DNA of 64,000 nt. It comes from Phoronis australis (Eukaryota > Animalia > Phoronida). The translations under genes and the position numbers were made by a program. A model generated the notes under the pieces. The model saw nothing but the letters and a program-made list of their open reading frames with translations. It searched no databases and had not been told where the DNA came from. Numbering within the stretch: the stretch's first letter is position 1; every line of letters starts with the position of its first letter. Location of the stretch: positions 72,855 through 136,854 of the forward strand of contig NMRA01000592.1 in assembly GCA_002633005.1 (NCBI GenBank), read 5' to 3'. Shown one piece after another: positions 10,801 through 22,800 of the stretch.

Positions 10801-13800
10801 GTTGGCTTAGGGGCATGTTTTAATCAAGCATTGCAGGTCTTGGTGCATTGCTCATGTTAATGCTGATTCAAGGCCAGTGTCTAAATGTGCAGAACCGTTC
10901 GGTCACTTTGAGACTAAATAAGAAAGTCTCGTGAAAAAAATTGCCTTATAGGTAATTATCACGAAGGAGGACCTTTCATGTGTGTGTGTGTGTCTGTGTG
11001 TGTGGGTTTGTGTGTGGATGCGTGTGTGGGTGTGGTACAATAACATAGTTATTCACCCATGGTGACCATGGGATAATGATACCTATACTTTCAAAATTAT
11101 CACCCATGAGGACTGCAGGGTGTGCTATACTTACAAGTTTTAGCTAAAACAGGTTCACCACCCCAAGTTTTTCTTCATGTGTTATTGGTGTCTAGAATGA
11201 TTACAGGTTGGCGTAGACATCGCTTTAATGCCACATGCCTTGTTTCTAGCCGGAGAGTTCTTCAGAAAACTAGTGGTATTGACCAGGCTGGTGGCATGAG
11301 ATGGGAGTTGGTGGGTCTGACCCTGCTGGCATGGGTCATTGTATACTTTTGTATATGGAAAGGCGTCAAGTCTACTGGTAAGGTAAGAGATATTCTCAGC
11401 TCATCATTGTCTCTAGTCTTGCTAGCATGGAACTTAATTTTTCTACTTCTGTGTATGATAGGGAGTCAATGCAGCATAGCAATGAATTGTCACTATTGAC
11501 CTACAGCAGACGGAATGTGATCATGAGAAGGATAAAGCAATTATAGTGCTCACAATGTCCTTGACCATGACAAACAAAGGGGGCTCGGAGAGGGAAGGAT
11601 GGGGACACGGAATTGACGAAGCTAGCTGAAAATACATGCTGTTTATAAACGAGCCCGTGATTTTTGTCTTCGGCAGGTTGTTTACTTCACTGCAACATTT
11701 CCTTATATCATCATGGTGGCTATGTTTGTTGTTGGTGTTCAGTTACCAGGGGCAACTGATGGAATCATCTATTTTGTTAAACCAAGATGGCATCTGCTTT
11801 TGGATCCAGAGGTTAGTTAGTTTTGTTAATTTTGTGTTGCAACATTAGTAAGTTATTTAGGATAAAAATAGTTGTATTTATGCTATGTCAGAACATGCAT
11901 TTTACATGTCTGACGTATAATTAACATTTTGTAAGAATCATGTCATTGACTTATCTGTTACAAAGTAAAGTGCATTTCACAGTAGTTTTGTGTTGTTTTC
12001 TACCAGTAAATGTCTATTGTGGAACAAATCATAAGTTATTGGCTCAGGCCATAATTTGATGACTTGATGTGAAGTATAGACCAAATGATGCTATACGTCC
12101 AGACCAAGTGATGCTATACATCTAGACCAAGTGATGCTATACGTCTAGACCAAGTGATGCTATACGTCTAGACCAAATGATGCTATACTTCTAGGTGTGG
12201 GTCAATGCTGCTGCGCAGAATTTCAACTCGATCGGTATAGCCTTCGGATCTCTTATCGCAATGGCTAGCTATAACAAATTCAACAATAACATATTTAAGT
12301 AAGTGGTCTCTCACTGTGCAGTGTAGGAACGCCAGGGGGTACTCCCACAGGAAGGTTCTGAAGGGACGTGCCGTCAAGTCAGTTGAGGTGCCTGGGCAGT
12401 TTTATGTTTTTGCAGTGTTTTAATGCTCTACTTTTTCCATTCACTTTTGAGTACAGGCTTATTCTTGGTAATGGCTGTGGTAAGCTTTAATCCTTTGTTA
12501 GCCTAGCTAATTAAACTGTTGTGAAAGTTTTTCATCCATCATCTGGAAACGAGCGTTTTTACTGAATCGTTTAGATTTATCTTTATACCATATCCTCAGA
12601 CATTTATTCATGATTTTTTTATCAAGTTTGGGTTTTCCCGTTGCTGAAGAGGTAAAAATATTTCAGGCTGACCATTGAGCGATACGCTCTGCCAGTTATT
12701 GAATGGCTGTATCACTGTACGCGTAACTTACCTAGCTGAAGTGCTATAAACATTGCCATGTCTTTGCACTGCTATAACTTGTCAAAAATAAGAAAAACAA
12801 AGTTCCATCTGCCCAGGGATACTATGCAGCTGCAAGTTAAAATTTAATTAACAGACCAAGGAAAAGAGTGACGTAGACAGCCTGTCAATTTTTGGATGCT
12901 TAATGTTGTGTCTGTTTATTGCATTTTCGTTTCGTTCGTGTAGAATTGTAAATATAGACACTCTTGGGGTTGGTAAAATAGCAAAATTAGTTACCGGTAT
13001 TTGATGAAACATGAATATAGTACACACTGACAAGTTACACATATGATTTCACATATTTCTCCTTTTAAATGACATTTCCTTATCTAAGACAATGTTTCAC
13101 ACAATCTGTGATAAACCTAATGTGTTCTTTTCTCTTTTCCAGAGATGTCATCACAATCTCTGTGATTAATTCAGCCACCAGTTTGTTTGCTGGTTTTGTC
13201 ATATTTTCCATCCTCGGCTTCATTGCATTCCAGCAAGGTAAAGAGATCGACGATGTCGTCACTCAAGGTGAGTGTGCACACAGTGGGTGCATATTAATGC
13301 GCTGCTTTGTTCTTGTTATTCTTTTTTTGTTGTTGTTGTGTCAACTACATTCTGATACTAGCAAAAGTTTCTTATGCATTTTGAGTTGTAATACTGACGA
13401 AAATTGTCAAAAAGGCCAGATATACCACAAACTTGCGGGTTAATGCCCATGCCTGGGTAATCGCCGCGCCCACCCCCGACTGTTGCCAGGTTTGGATGTA
13501 AGTTCCCGCTGTTTGGGTAATTGCCCATCCCCAACTTACCGCTAACAGAACGTGAGCTTGAAATCATGCTTTTTTTTGAAGCTTTGCCGTCGACTCGGAC
13601 CTCCGTGTTTGCAGGAAACACTGTGCGCTTACATACAATAGTCTCGAAAAGTTGCATTTTTAGGCGGCATTTGTGGAATAACTTAACCAATGCAACTACC
13701 TTTTCCTAAACTAATCAGCTGGTCTTTTGTTAGATTAATATAGGCCTACTCTGTAAATTTTTATACAACTGGCACTTTTGTAATACGAGAATTTTGTTCA

Positions 13801-16800
13801 GAGGTTGAATGTGGATGCCCCCTTGTGTCAATTTTTGGCAACGAACTCACAGGACACTTGGAGGGGTATTTCAGGTCCATAAATTGGTAATCATAGCCAA
13901 CGGAATGAATTCTCTCCCGTTCCTGGAACCATGATACTCTTGGCTCATGTGTGCTGGTCAAACACACACCCCAAAGGAAGTTTTTCTTAAACTTGATGAT
14001 TAAGTTACCAATCCGTCGCCCCGATTTTGGAAAAAAAACAATTCCCACTTACAGCTTTTTATTACCACCACCTGGTATTCCGGCTGTCGGTGAAAGAAAA
14101 AATTGTGTAAAATGCGTATGATAAAAGCACGGTGGTTTTCAGGATGCCTCCTTACCACGCTAACTTGGTGGCGATGGTGGACCAGTATTCCCGGCGTGTG
14201 TGAAGTAATTATTGCGATCGGACTGTGAAGTTATTCGCGGTAGTCAAGATGTGATTTTGCAAGATTTATCTCCCGGATAGACTCGGATTTGAATTAAGCA
14301 AATAAGTACACACCCCTCTCGTTGCAATTGCAAAGTTTCGTCCATGTTTTAATTGAGAAAACGAACTGTAGTAACGTTCACTAATCTCAAACAGTACTTG
14401 CTGATATGGTAAGTGGACTCCTCTGCAATTCGAGTTTCTTAAAATTCCTTTGTGTGACATTTTGCAGCGCGCTAGTATATATTTTTAACAACGATCTTGC
14501 AAAATCAGCCTTTCAAAATCGAAATCTTGTTTCTGTTTGAGCTGTGAGAATTTTAGTGGTTGTTGGGTTCCGCTGATTGACTGAACCTACAAATTCCATT
14601 CACGAATGAACACCTCGAACACCTGCCCAGTTTGGCCAAAATTTGGACGTAAGCGGCCACTGCTCGGGTAATCGCCCACCCCCGACTTTAGCCAATTTTT
14701 GGTTTAAGCCCCCCCCTCCCATCTGAGGGTTTCCTAATTTAAGTGCCCAAGGCGTTAACCCATGAGTTCATGGTATTTTAATTATGAATGGATAATCCTT
14801 TTAAACTTGTCCTAAATTCAGAAGTGCCCAAAACTTTGAAAGTATGATAATGTGTTTGCCGAACTCCAAATTTCCGTTCCATTAAGTTGCAACCAATAGT
14901 TATCATATGGAGCTGGCAGTTACATTTGAATAAAAATAATTATTCTGAAAACCAGAAAGCCCAACAAATTCAGACTCTTGAGTCATCTGAGTGAAGGACC
15001 GACATCACTACACAAGGTACATCCCCATAAACACTCCGTCCCCCGAAGAAGTGCATCCCGAAGTGTGTAGATGCTGACAGTTCCAATCGGGCTGATTGAC
15101 TAGCCTTCTGTTTCTTACACAAAGTTTTGATTTTCTGCAAGCAGCCCATCCAACTCCTAGCTCACGAAGTCGTTCCAAATGATGATGTTCCGATTCCTCT
15201 TGGTCCTTCTTCAACTTCTCCCTGACCATATTCACAATTTCCGGTTTATCAGGTCACAGCTTCCCTTCTGGTTTTGCTTTCCCAGCCAGCTCATCAGCAC
15301 ATTCATTCCCCCTAACTCCAGCATGGCCTGGGGTAAATATCCAGGTGATCTTTTTCAGACTTACATGTCAATAAACTTTGCTGTTTTTGATGTTCTTTGA
15401 TCCTTAATTCTTGCAATTTGTTGAATTCAATCTGGGTATTACCTGATGAGTGCATGAGTTTACTTGGCCATAAAAATGGTAAAAACAGTCCAATGACAGC
15501 CATGTTTTTTACATTTTTACATTCGAGGTCACAAGCTCTTTTGGTTACAAGACCTATAATTTGCATAATTTTATTCAGGACAAAGAGAGATAATTGCAGT
15601 CACATTGTTGTTTTAACTCAATTGTAACACTGATTAGATACTTATAAGGCTTCATCTGAAGCAGCCTAGTTTTCTGTAAACTATATGCTTGAACATTTAG
15701 TGAGTAACTATACAACATTACCACACTCACTCTTTAAAAGCCATTGACATTTGGGGTCTTTTTGTTAAGTCGCAGCTGGGCATACTTGCAGAAACCATAT
15801 GAACACTTTCTATAAAACTGACAATTTAGACACCGCAAATATCTGCACCATATACTTAGTAGAATCATACTATCAAACAGCATTTAGGACTGACAGTGAA
15901 GAACTGTCTAACTTAGACATACAGGTAACTGTTTTCATCCATTGTTTAGCATACTTCATGTTATCAATCAAAACGTGAAACGTGTTGAGTAACTCCAGTA
16001 ATACAGGGTGGTCATCTGTATGCCTACAACATCTATATTGACTAATACAATACTACACGCATAAGACAATACTTTCCGTTTGTGCTTAAGGAGAATGTCT
16101 TAAAGATAAGACTTTATGCTTAAGGAGAATGTCCTCAAAATAAGACTATGTAGTTGATATTTACGTGATCAACCTCTGAGTTGATTATAGTGTCCTGATG
16201 CAATACTGGCTGAGGTCCAAACAAGTTGAAAGTTGAGAAGACTTCTTGAGTTTTGACCTTGTGTATGTGTACCCACAGGTCCAGGTCTGGTGTTTGTCAC
16301 CTACCCTGAAGCCTTCTCCAGGATGCCAGTACCTCAACTATGGGCCGCCTTGTTCTTCTTCATGCTTCTTCTGCTTGGAATTGATAGTCAGGTTAGTGAA
16401 GTGTTTTAGTCGTCTCACTTGTAGTTGATAGTCAGGTTAGTGAAGTGTTTTAGTCGTCTCACTTGTAATTGATTGTCAGGTTAGTGAAGTGTTTTAGTTG
16501 TCTCACTTGTAATTGATAGTCAGGTTAGTGAAGTGTTGTAGACGTCTCACTTGTAATTGATAGTCAGGTTAGTGAAGTGTTTTAGTCGTCTCACTTGCCA
16601 GTCAGGTTAGTGAAGTGTTTTAGTCGTCTCACTTGCCAGTCAGGTTAGTGAAGTGTTTTAGTCATCTCACTTGTAATTGATAGTGAAGTGTTTTAGTCAT
16701 CTCACTTGTAATTGATAGTAAGGTTAGTGAAGTGTTTTAGTCGTCTCACTTGTAATTGATAGTCAGGGTAGTGAAGTGTTGTAGACGTCTCACTTGTAAT

Positions 16801-19800
16801 TGATAGTCAGGTTAGTGAAGTGTTTTAGTCGTCTCACTTGTAATTGACAGTCAGATTTGTGAATTCTTACAACTGACTTGGGTTATAGTGAAATGTTGAT
16901 GGTGTGGATTTAAGTGGCACACTGACAGGTTATAGTGGTGTGTTAATGGTCTGACATTTAACTTACACACCACCAGTGAGTTTAGTGACGTTTTGGTGGT
17001 CTGACTTGTAATTGGCACACCCATCGTTAGGTTAGTGAAGTGTTAGTTGTCTGACTTATAGCTGACATATCGTAAGTTACAATACTGTCTGATTTATGGT
17101 GATACTATAACTGATCAATTGAATATTTGGTGATGAATCTGTGTTTGAATTTTTGGACAGTTTGGAAACAATTACGGAAAACTCAGTTGAAGATGACTGA
17201 TTTTTCTCATGTTCCCAAATTGTGTTCAATGCTCAGTATTCTTTGACAAATCATTTATATTTGACATTTATGTAATTGTATGTACGTGAATGGGTTTGTT
17301 TTCCATTGCTATGTCTCCACGGATTCTGTGTGTAATATCTGTTTCTTGTCCCCCATATGTAGCATTCACCATTATGTTGTAGCATTATCTCAAGAAAAGA
17401 GCTTTAATCTAATTTTTGTATCTTTACCTGTAGTTCTAGGTGGGGCAGCTCCAGACACCAGTTGATTTTGGTGAACTTGAAATTTTCAAGGTCATAGTGA
17501 GAAACTCTAGTTTAATGTGGGAAAATATTTTGGACTCTAGAAGGGAACTTTTCGCTTTGTTCTGATTTTATACCAAGGTGCAAGTGGCACATCTCCAGGC
17601 AGTTTTAATGACCTTGATGACCTCAATTCCAGGTCATAATGAGAAATGTTGAAACTATGTCATTAACTGTGCACTGTTATGTATGACCCTAAACTGGCCA
17701 AATTAGAACCTTGAAACGTCACCCAAAAGTAACTGATCGAATTCTTGGGAAACTTTCATACTGCTTTGTGTTAGAAATTACTCTTAAATATTCCTTTTTT
17801 GTATAAATGGCAATAAATACTGTAGCAGAATTTTTGTTATTTTGTCTTTGACTTTTGCATCCAAAGAAATTTGACAATGTTATAATTTGGCTGTGAATGA
17901 ACCTTTCTTTTTTTCTTGATTTTATTAAAAAGACTTGCTGACCCAAGCGGTTAGTACAAAGTCATAAATCTGATTTTACATGCGTTCTGCTTTCAAAAAA
18001 TAATTTTACTGAGTTAAACTCTAAGGTCCTACGTATAAGTAAGCAAAATTTTCTCTTTTGAATGTTTTTGCAAAGAGTAATTGAGAGTTCGTAACATGTT
18101 TGCCAGTAACGTGCAAGGATATACGGAGGTCTCAGATTAGTACGATTAATCACCAACAGGGCAAATAAGTCAGAAAATCAAGATCATCAGTGCAATAATT
18201 AGGTCGCTCAGTTGTTTTAAACTAGTGTTACCGCAGTGCTTTTCATGACTCCACACACCCCTTTTTCATGACTCCAAAAGCTCCTTTTCATGACTCCACT
18301 GACACGCCCCTGTCCATGACTCCACACACCCCTTTTCATGACTCCACACACCCCTGTCCATGACTCCACACACCCCTGTCCATGACTCCACACGCCCCTG
18401 TCCATGACTCCACACGCCCCTTTTCACGTTGGCACATGAACGGACAACAAACTTGATGCCAAACATCAATAAAAATAGTTTGTTTATTAGGCAAGTGTTA
18501 GTGGCAGCAACTTTGTTCATCACTGGCAGTCTTGTCTGTTTGTAATCTCATTGGCAATAAGTTGCTGATGACATCATCGCTATAGTTGTCAATGTCAGTG
18601 TCATCGGCGATATCTGATTGTTGTTGTTGTTGTCATGGGTGCCCTGATTGTGGTATTCATTGGTGTTCTTGCTTTTGGTTCAAGTTTTCAGTTCAGTTTC
18701 GACAAATGTCGCTCTTGAGAGCACTTTTCACATTTTGTGTTTGGTTCACCAAAAACGTTAAGCAAAATGTGTTTCTCTTGAATGTGAAATGGCGAGTAGG
18801 ACTTCCAAATCCATTTGTCTCCTCACAGCTACAGCTCTTCCTGTTGGAGGTGGCGTTAGTTGTTATGATGCCCTGTGTTTTCTAAACTCCAAGGGACCTG
18901 AAATTAGTTCTACTTTTATGTCATAGAATCAACAGAATCCTTACAATAGCTATCATGTTTTTGTACCTGAGTGCTAACTGATATGAAGTGAGCTTCTCTT
19001 TCTGTAATTGACCTACTTTTTCTTATTTTTTCCTTGCTGTTTATTCTTTTTTTCCTCGTTTTTGTTTAAAATTTGTCCTCTGTGTTTTCCTAAAACTGCT
19101 TGAAAGCATAGTACAAATAAAACTACATGAACTCCACACAGAAGACCAAAAAGCCTATACCACTCTGAAAATTTGCTCACCACCTGAACAATCAGCCGGT
19201 GACGTTTTACTCATCTAGTGCCGTTTGAGTCACATTTGCAACTGGGTGAGTGACATGACTTAGTATTATCTTGATGGCAGTAAGGTATTCATCTGACTTA
19301 CCTGTAGTCAGAAAATTCAAGACCAGATAAAATTATAGCCTTAAAATGTATATATTCCGAGGCATGCAGTTTGGTTAGCCTGTAACAAATTCTTGTGCTA
19401 CTTTGCTAAAAATCTCCACGTATTCTCTAATCTAAAGTGTTTTTGTATAATATTTTCAGTTTTGCATGACAGAGGTTGTGATCACCACCATTGAAGACCA
19501 CTTCGGTAAACCTGTACACAGATACTTTCGCCGTAAAGAGATTTTGGTACTTGTTGTTTGTCTTGTTACATTTCTTCTCGGCTTACCAAACCTTACTCAG
19601 GTAAGTGTTACTAGTAGTTGTTGAAACACAAAAGACAGTGTACACCTACACACTCATGCACACGTGCACGCACACACTTATGCACACAAACACTCATAAA
19701 AGAGCTTGTAAACTTCATTTGTTGTATTTTCACCATCCTAAGAGATCTTTGAAGAACCCTGTGCATTATTGGGAAGTCCAGTTTCCTATAAAGAGTATTA

Positions 19801-22800
19801 ATTAACCCATTTGTATTATTCATTTGTAGCACCATGTACTTGTGCATCATGCAGTTACAGTAAATCTCTTGACAGTAACTAATTGGCACAACTTTATTTG
19901 ATCCTGTGTTACAGGTGATCTCTTTCAATGGCGTTCACTGGAAGATTCTGACAAATTGCTTAATAGATTTTTCCAGAAAGTTTGTGTTTAACAGTTTATC
20001 TTAAAGATGTGAAGTCTGACCATTAACTGTGAACCCTATGTTCCTTATTTTGCAGGGTGGCATTTACTTTTTCCAGTTGATAGACTACTACTCGTCTGGC
20101 ATATCTCTAATGTATATTGCCTTTTTCGAAACTATCGCCATCTGTTGGATTTATGGTGAGTGTCATATTTAAAACATCAATTCATTATTCTGAAGCAGCA
20201 ACATTTTTTTCTGTTTCTGTGCACAATTATAAAGGTTAGTTTGCAATATTGATGTTATAGCAACTGAGTAATATTTATAATTTTAAAATGAAAGCTGGAC
20301 TGAGAACTTTCAATGACAAGGCAGTTGGCCACTGGGAGATTGCTAGTGTCACCTTGTAGCCAGCCCGTAAAACAGAATGACAAAATGACATTGTCATTTA
20401 TAGTTCTGTCAAATGACAACCCCATTGCTATGAATATTCAGCTTAATCTAAACATTCTTCGTTGTATGCAATGACCAATTTATTGCTGTCATGTACAGGT
20501 GCCAATCGACTGTCGAGAAATGTGAAGGAGATGACTGGAAGTATTCCTTTCTTGTTCTTCCGGGTCTGCTGGTATGGGTTCTCACCCTGCCTGATCCTGG
20601 TAAGTCTTATTCTCCCAAATCTTCTGGTGTGGCTTCTCAACCTGCTTCATCCTTGTAAGTCTTATTCTTTTGAGTCTGCTGGTATGGCTTCTCGCCAATC
20701 TTGGTAAGTTTTATTCTTCCGGGTCTTCTGATATGGCGTCTCACCATGCCTCATCTTGATCAATCTTATTCTTCCATGTCTTCTGATATGGCGTCTCACC
20801 ATTCCTCATCTTGATCAATCTTATTCTTCCATGTCTTCTGATATGACGTCTCACCATGCCTCATATTGATCAATCTTATTCTTCCATGTCTTCTGATATG
20901 ACGTCTCACCATTCCTCATCTTGATCAATCTTATTCTTCCATGTCTGCTGGTATGGCTTCTTGCCATGCCTTATCCTGGTAAGACCATATCTTTCACATT
21001 ACGAGTTCCATCTGGACAATCAAGACTTGAGCGATCATGGTGAAATTCTGACAAGATCTTGGCAATGCACTATTTTTCAATAAATAAATTTCATAGTTGG
21101 TTTACAGACTGTAAACATGAGCCACGGCTCCTTTCACTCCATTATAAAATAACAAATGGACAAAGTAAATATTAAGTAAACAAAATTAATAATTGAGTGT
21201 TATGCACAGCCTATTGTTCGCTATCACAACATTCAGACCAATTAGTGCCACGCTTCTAAAAGTGAGGTAAATCCTAGAACTACTGTCTTTTAGCTCATGA
21301 CTTTTTGTGATTAAACAATTGAGTGGAATTCAGAATAAACATTACCTGTAAAAAGGTCATAATCTTATAGTTTACTTTTTAATATAGCACAGTCTGGGTG
21401 GGTGAGGTCTTACCAATGAAGGAAAGTCGAAGTGGTTGGTTGTCATTAATGGTACTCTGGTAGTAAGGTGGTGATGTGACAGTCAAAAATCTTAAATCTC
21501 AATGTAGGAGTTGTAGAAGCTTTGATGCAAGTCTCATTGTGCAACATGACACATCAAGTGCTGCATGGCAATATAAGGAATCGATGTAGTCGTAAAGTTT
21601 TAGAAGAATAATTTCAGACATCAGGTAGTAACCTCACTGTTAAGCTGTAAGAAGATCTTTTTGAAATCGTTTGCATAAACATGTTATAATTCACTTAAGT
21701 TATGTAGGGTTCAACATAATATATGCCAATTTGGCGAACTTAGGAATCTCAAAATGGCTGATCTCATTCATATGAGACTTTCAGATACGGCTTTATACAC
21801 TGTTCTTCAAAACGTTGGATTCACTTTTGCGTGAGGGGCTATTAAAACGAAAACAAAACGAAAAATTAAAAATTTTTACAATTTTTTTGAGATTTCATGT
21901 TCGATATTATTATCAATTAAAAGTTTCTTAATTCTTTTTTGCTAAAAGACATTGTCACTTAACCCAATTAATGGCATACTGGTATTAAGTAAAGAAAAAT
22001 CAAAATCTGCAGTCTTCACATCTTCAGAAATACACTTCGATTGAAATAAAGTCTGAGGTTCTGCAAATGATTTTATTTTGTGCTGCTTTTTGGAAAACTG
22101 TACTAAAACCTTTACATGTGAACAGGTGTAGGAGTAGGTGGACTTAACTATGTTGTTTGGGGAGGGGCGTATGATAAATGTTGCCCACATTTTTACAACC
22201 TGTGTCAAAATGCACCGAAATGTCAACTTTTTGAATTAAGAGATATAAATTAGTGGCAAAAGACAACATGAGTATGATGATAAATACTAATGGAGTACAA
22301 AGAGTTCATAATGTTCTCTAACAATACGACGCATCATAACACGACATGTCCTAATAAATACAATGTCTCTACAAATGTTGAAAACTGTGCTGTCGACTTA
22401 CCAGCATCTTAGCCCAAGTATATGAAAGTGCAGAATTCATTGTGTTTGCATTCAATATTTTTACCGATGTATTGATATCTTGGAAACCTAAAAAACTTCA
22501 TCCCTTGCACTTTTGTCTGGATTTTGGCAAGAAATTGCTGATCAACAGCAGCTGTTTTGCCTACCCTTCGCACGGGCTTTCACCATGGGCTCTAGCTGTA
22601 TATAGAGGGCGCTAGTTGTGTGCCGTGCCCGCTCTTGGTGAAGAGGTGTGGCTTTAGCATTATAATTTCTGAGGAAAACCTCTAGCACACTTTAGAAAAT
22701 GTCATTAAAATTCCAAAACTAAGCTTCATAAATGTACTTGAAAAAGTACCCAGTACAATAGTACAATTTTTTAAGCCAAGTTGTCAACCTCACATTTGTT

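Noticed and set aside
16381-16855. Regular arrays superficially resembling CRISPR (also 32416-32814)
   Set aside because: No unique spacers, no cas genes, and a eukaryotic intron context.
18217-18523. Repetitive ORFs (GVWSHGQG..)
   Set aside because: These are translations of a minisatellite.
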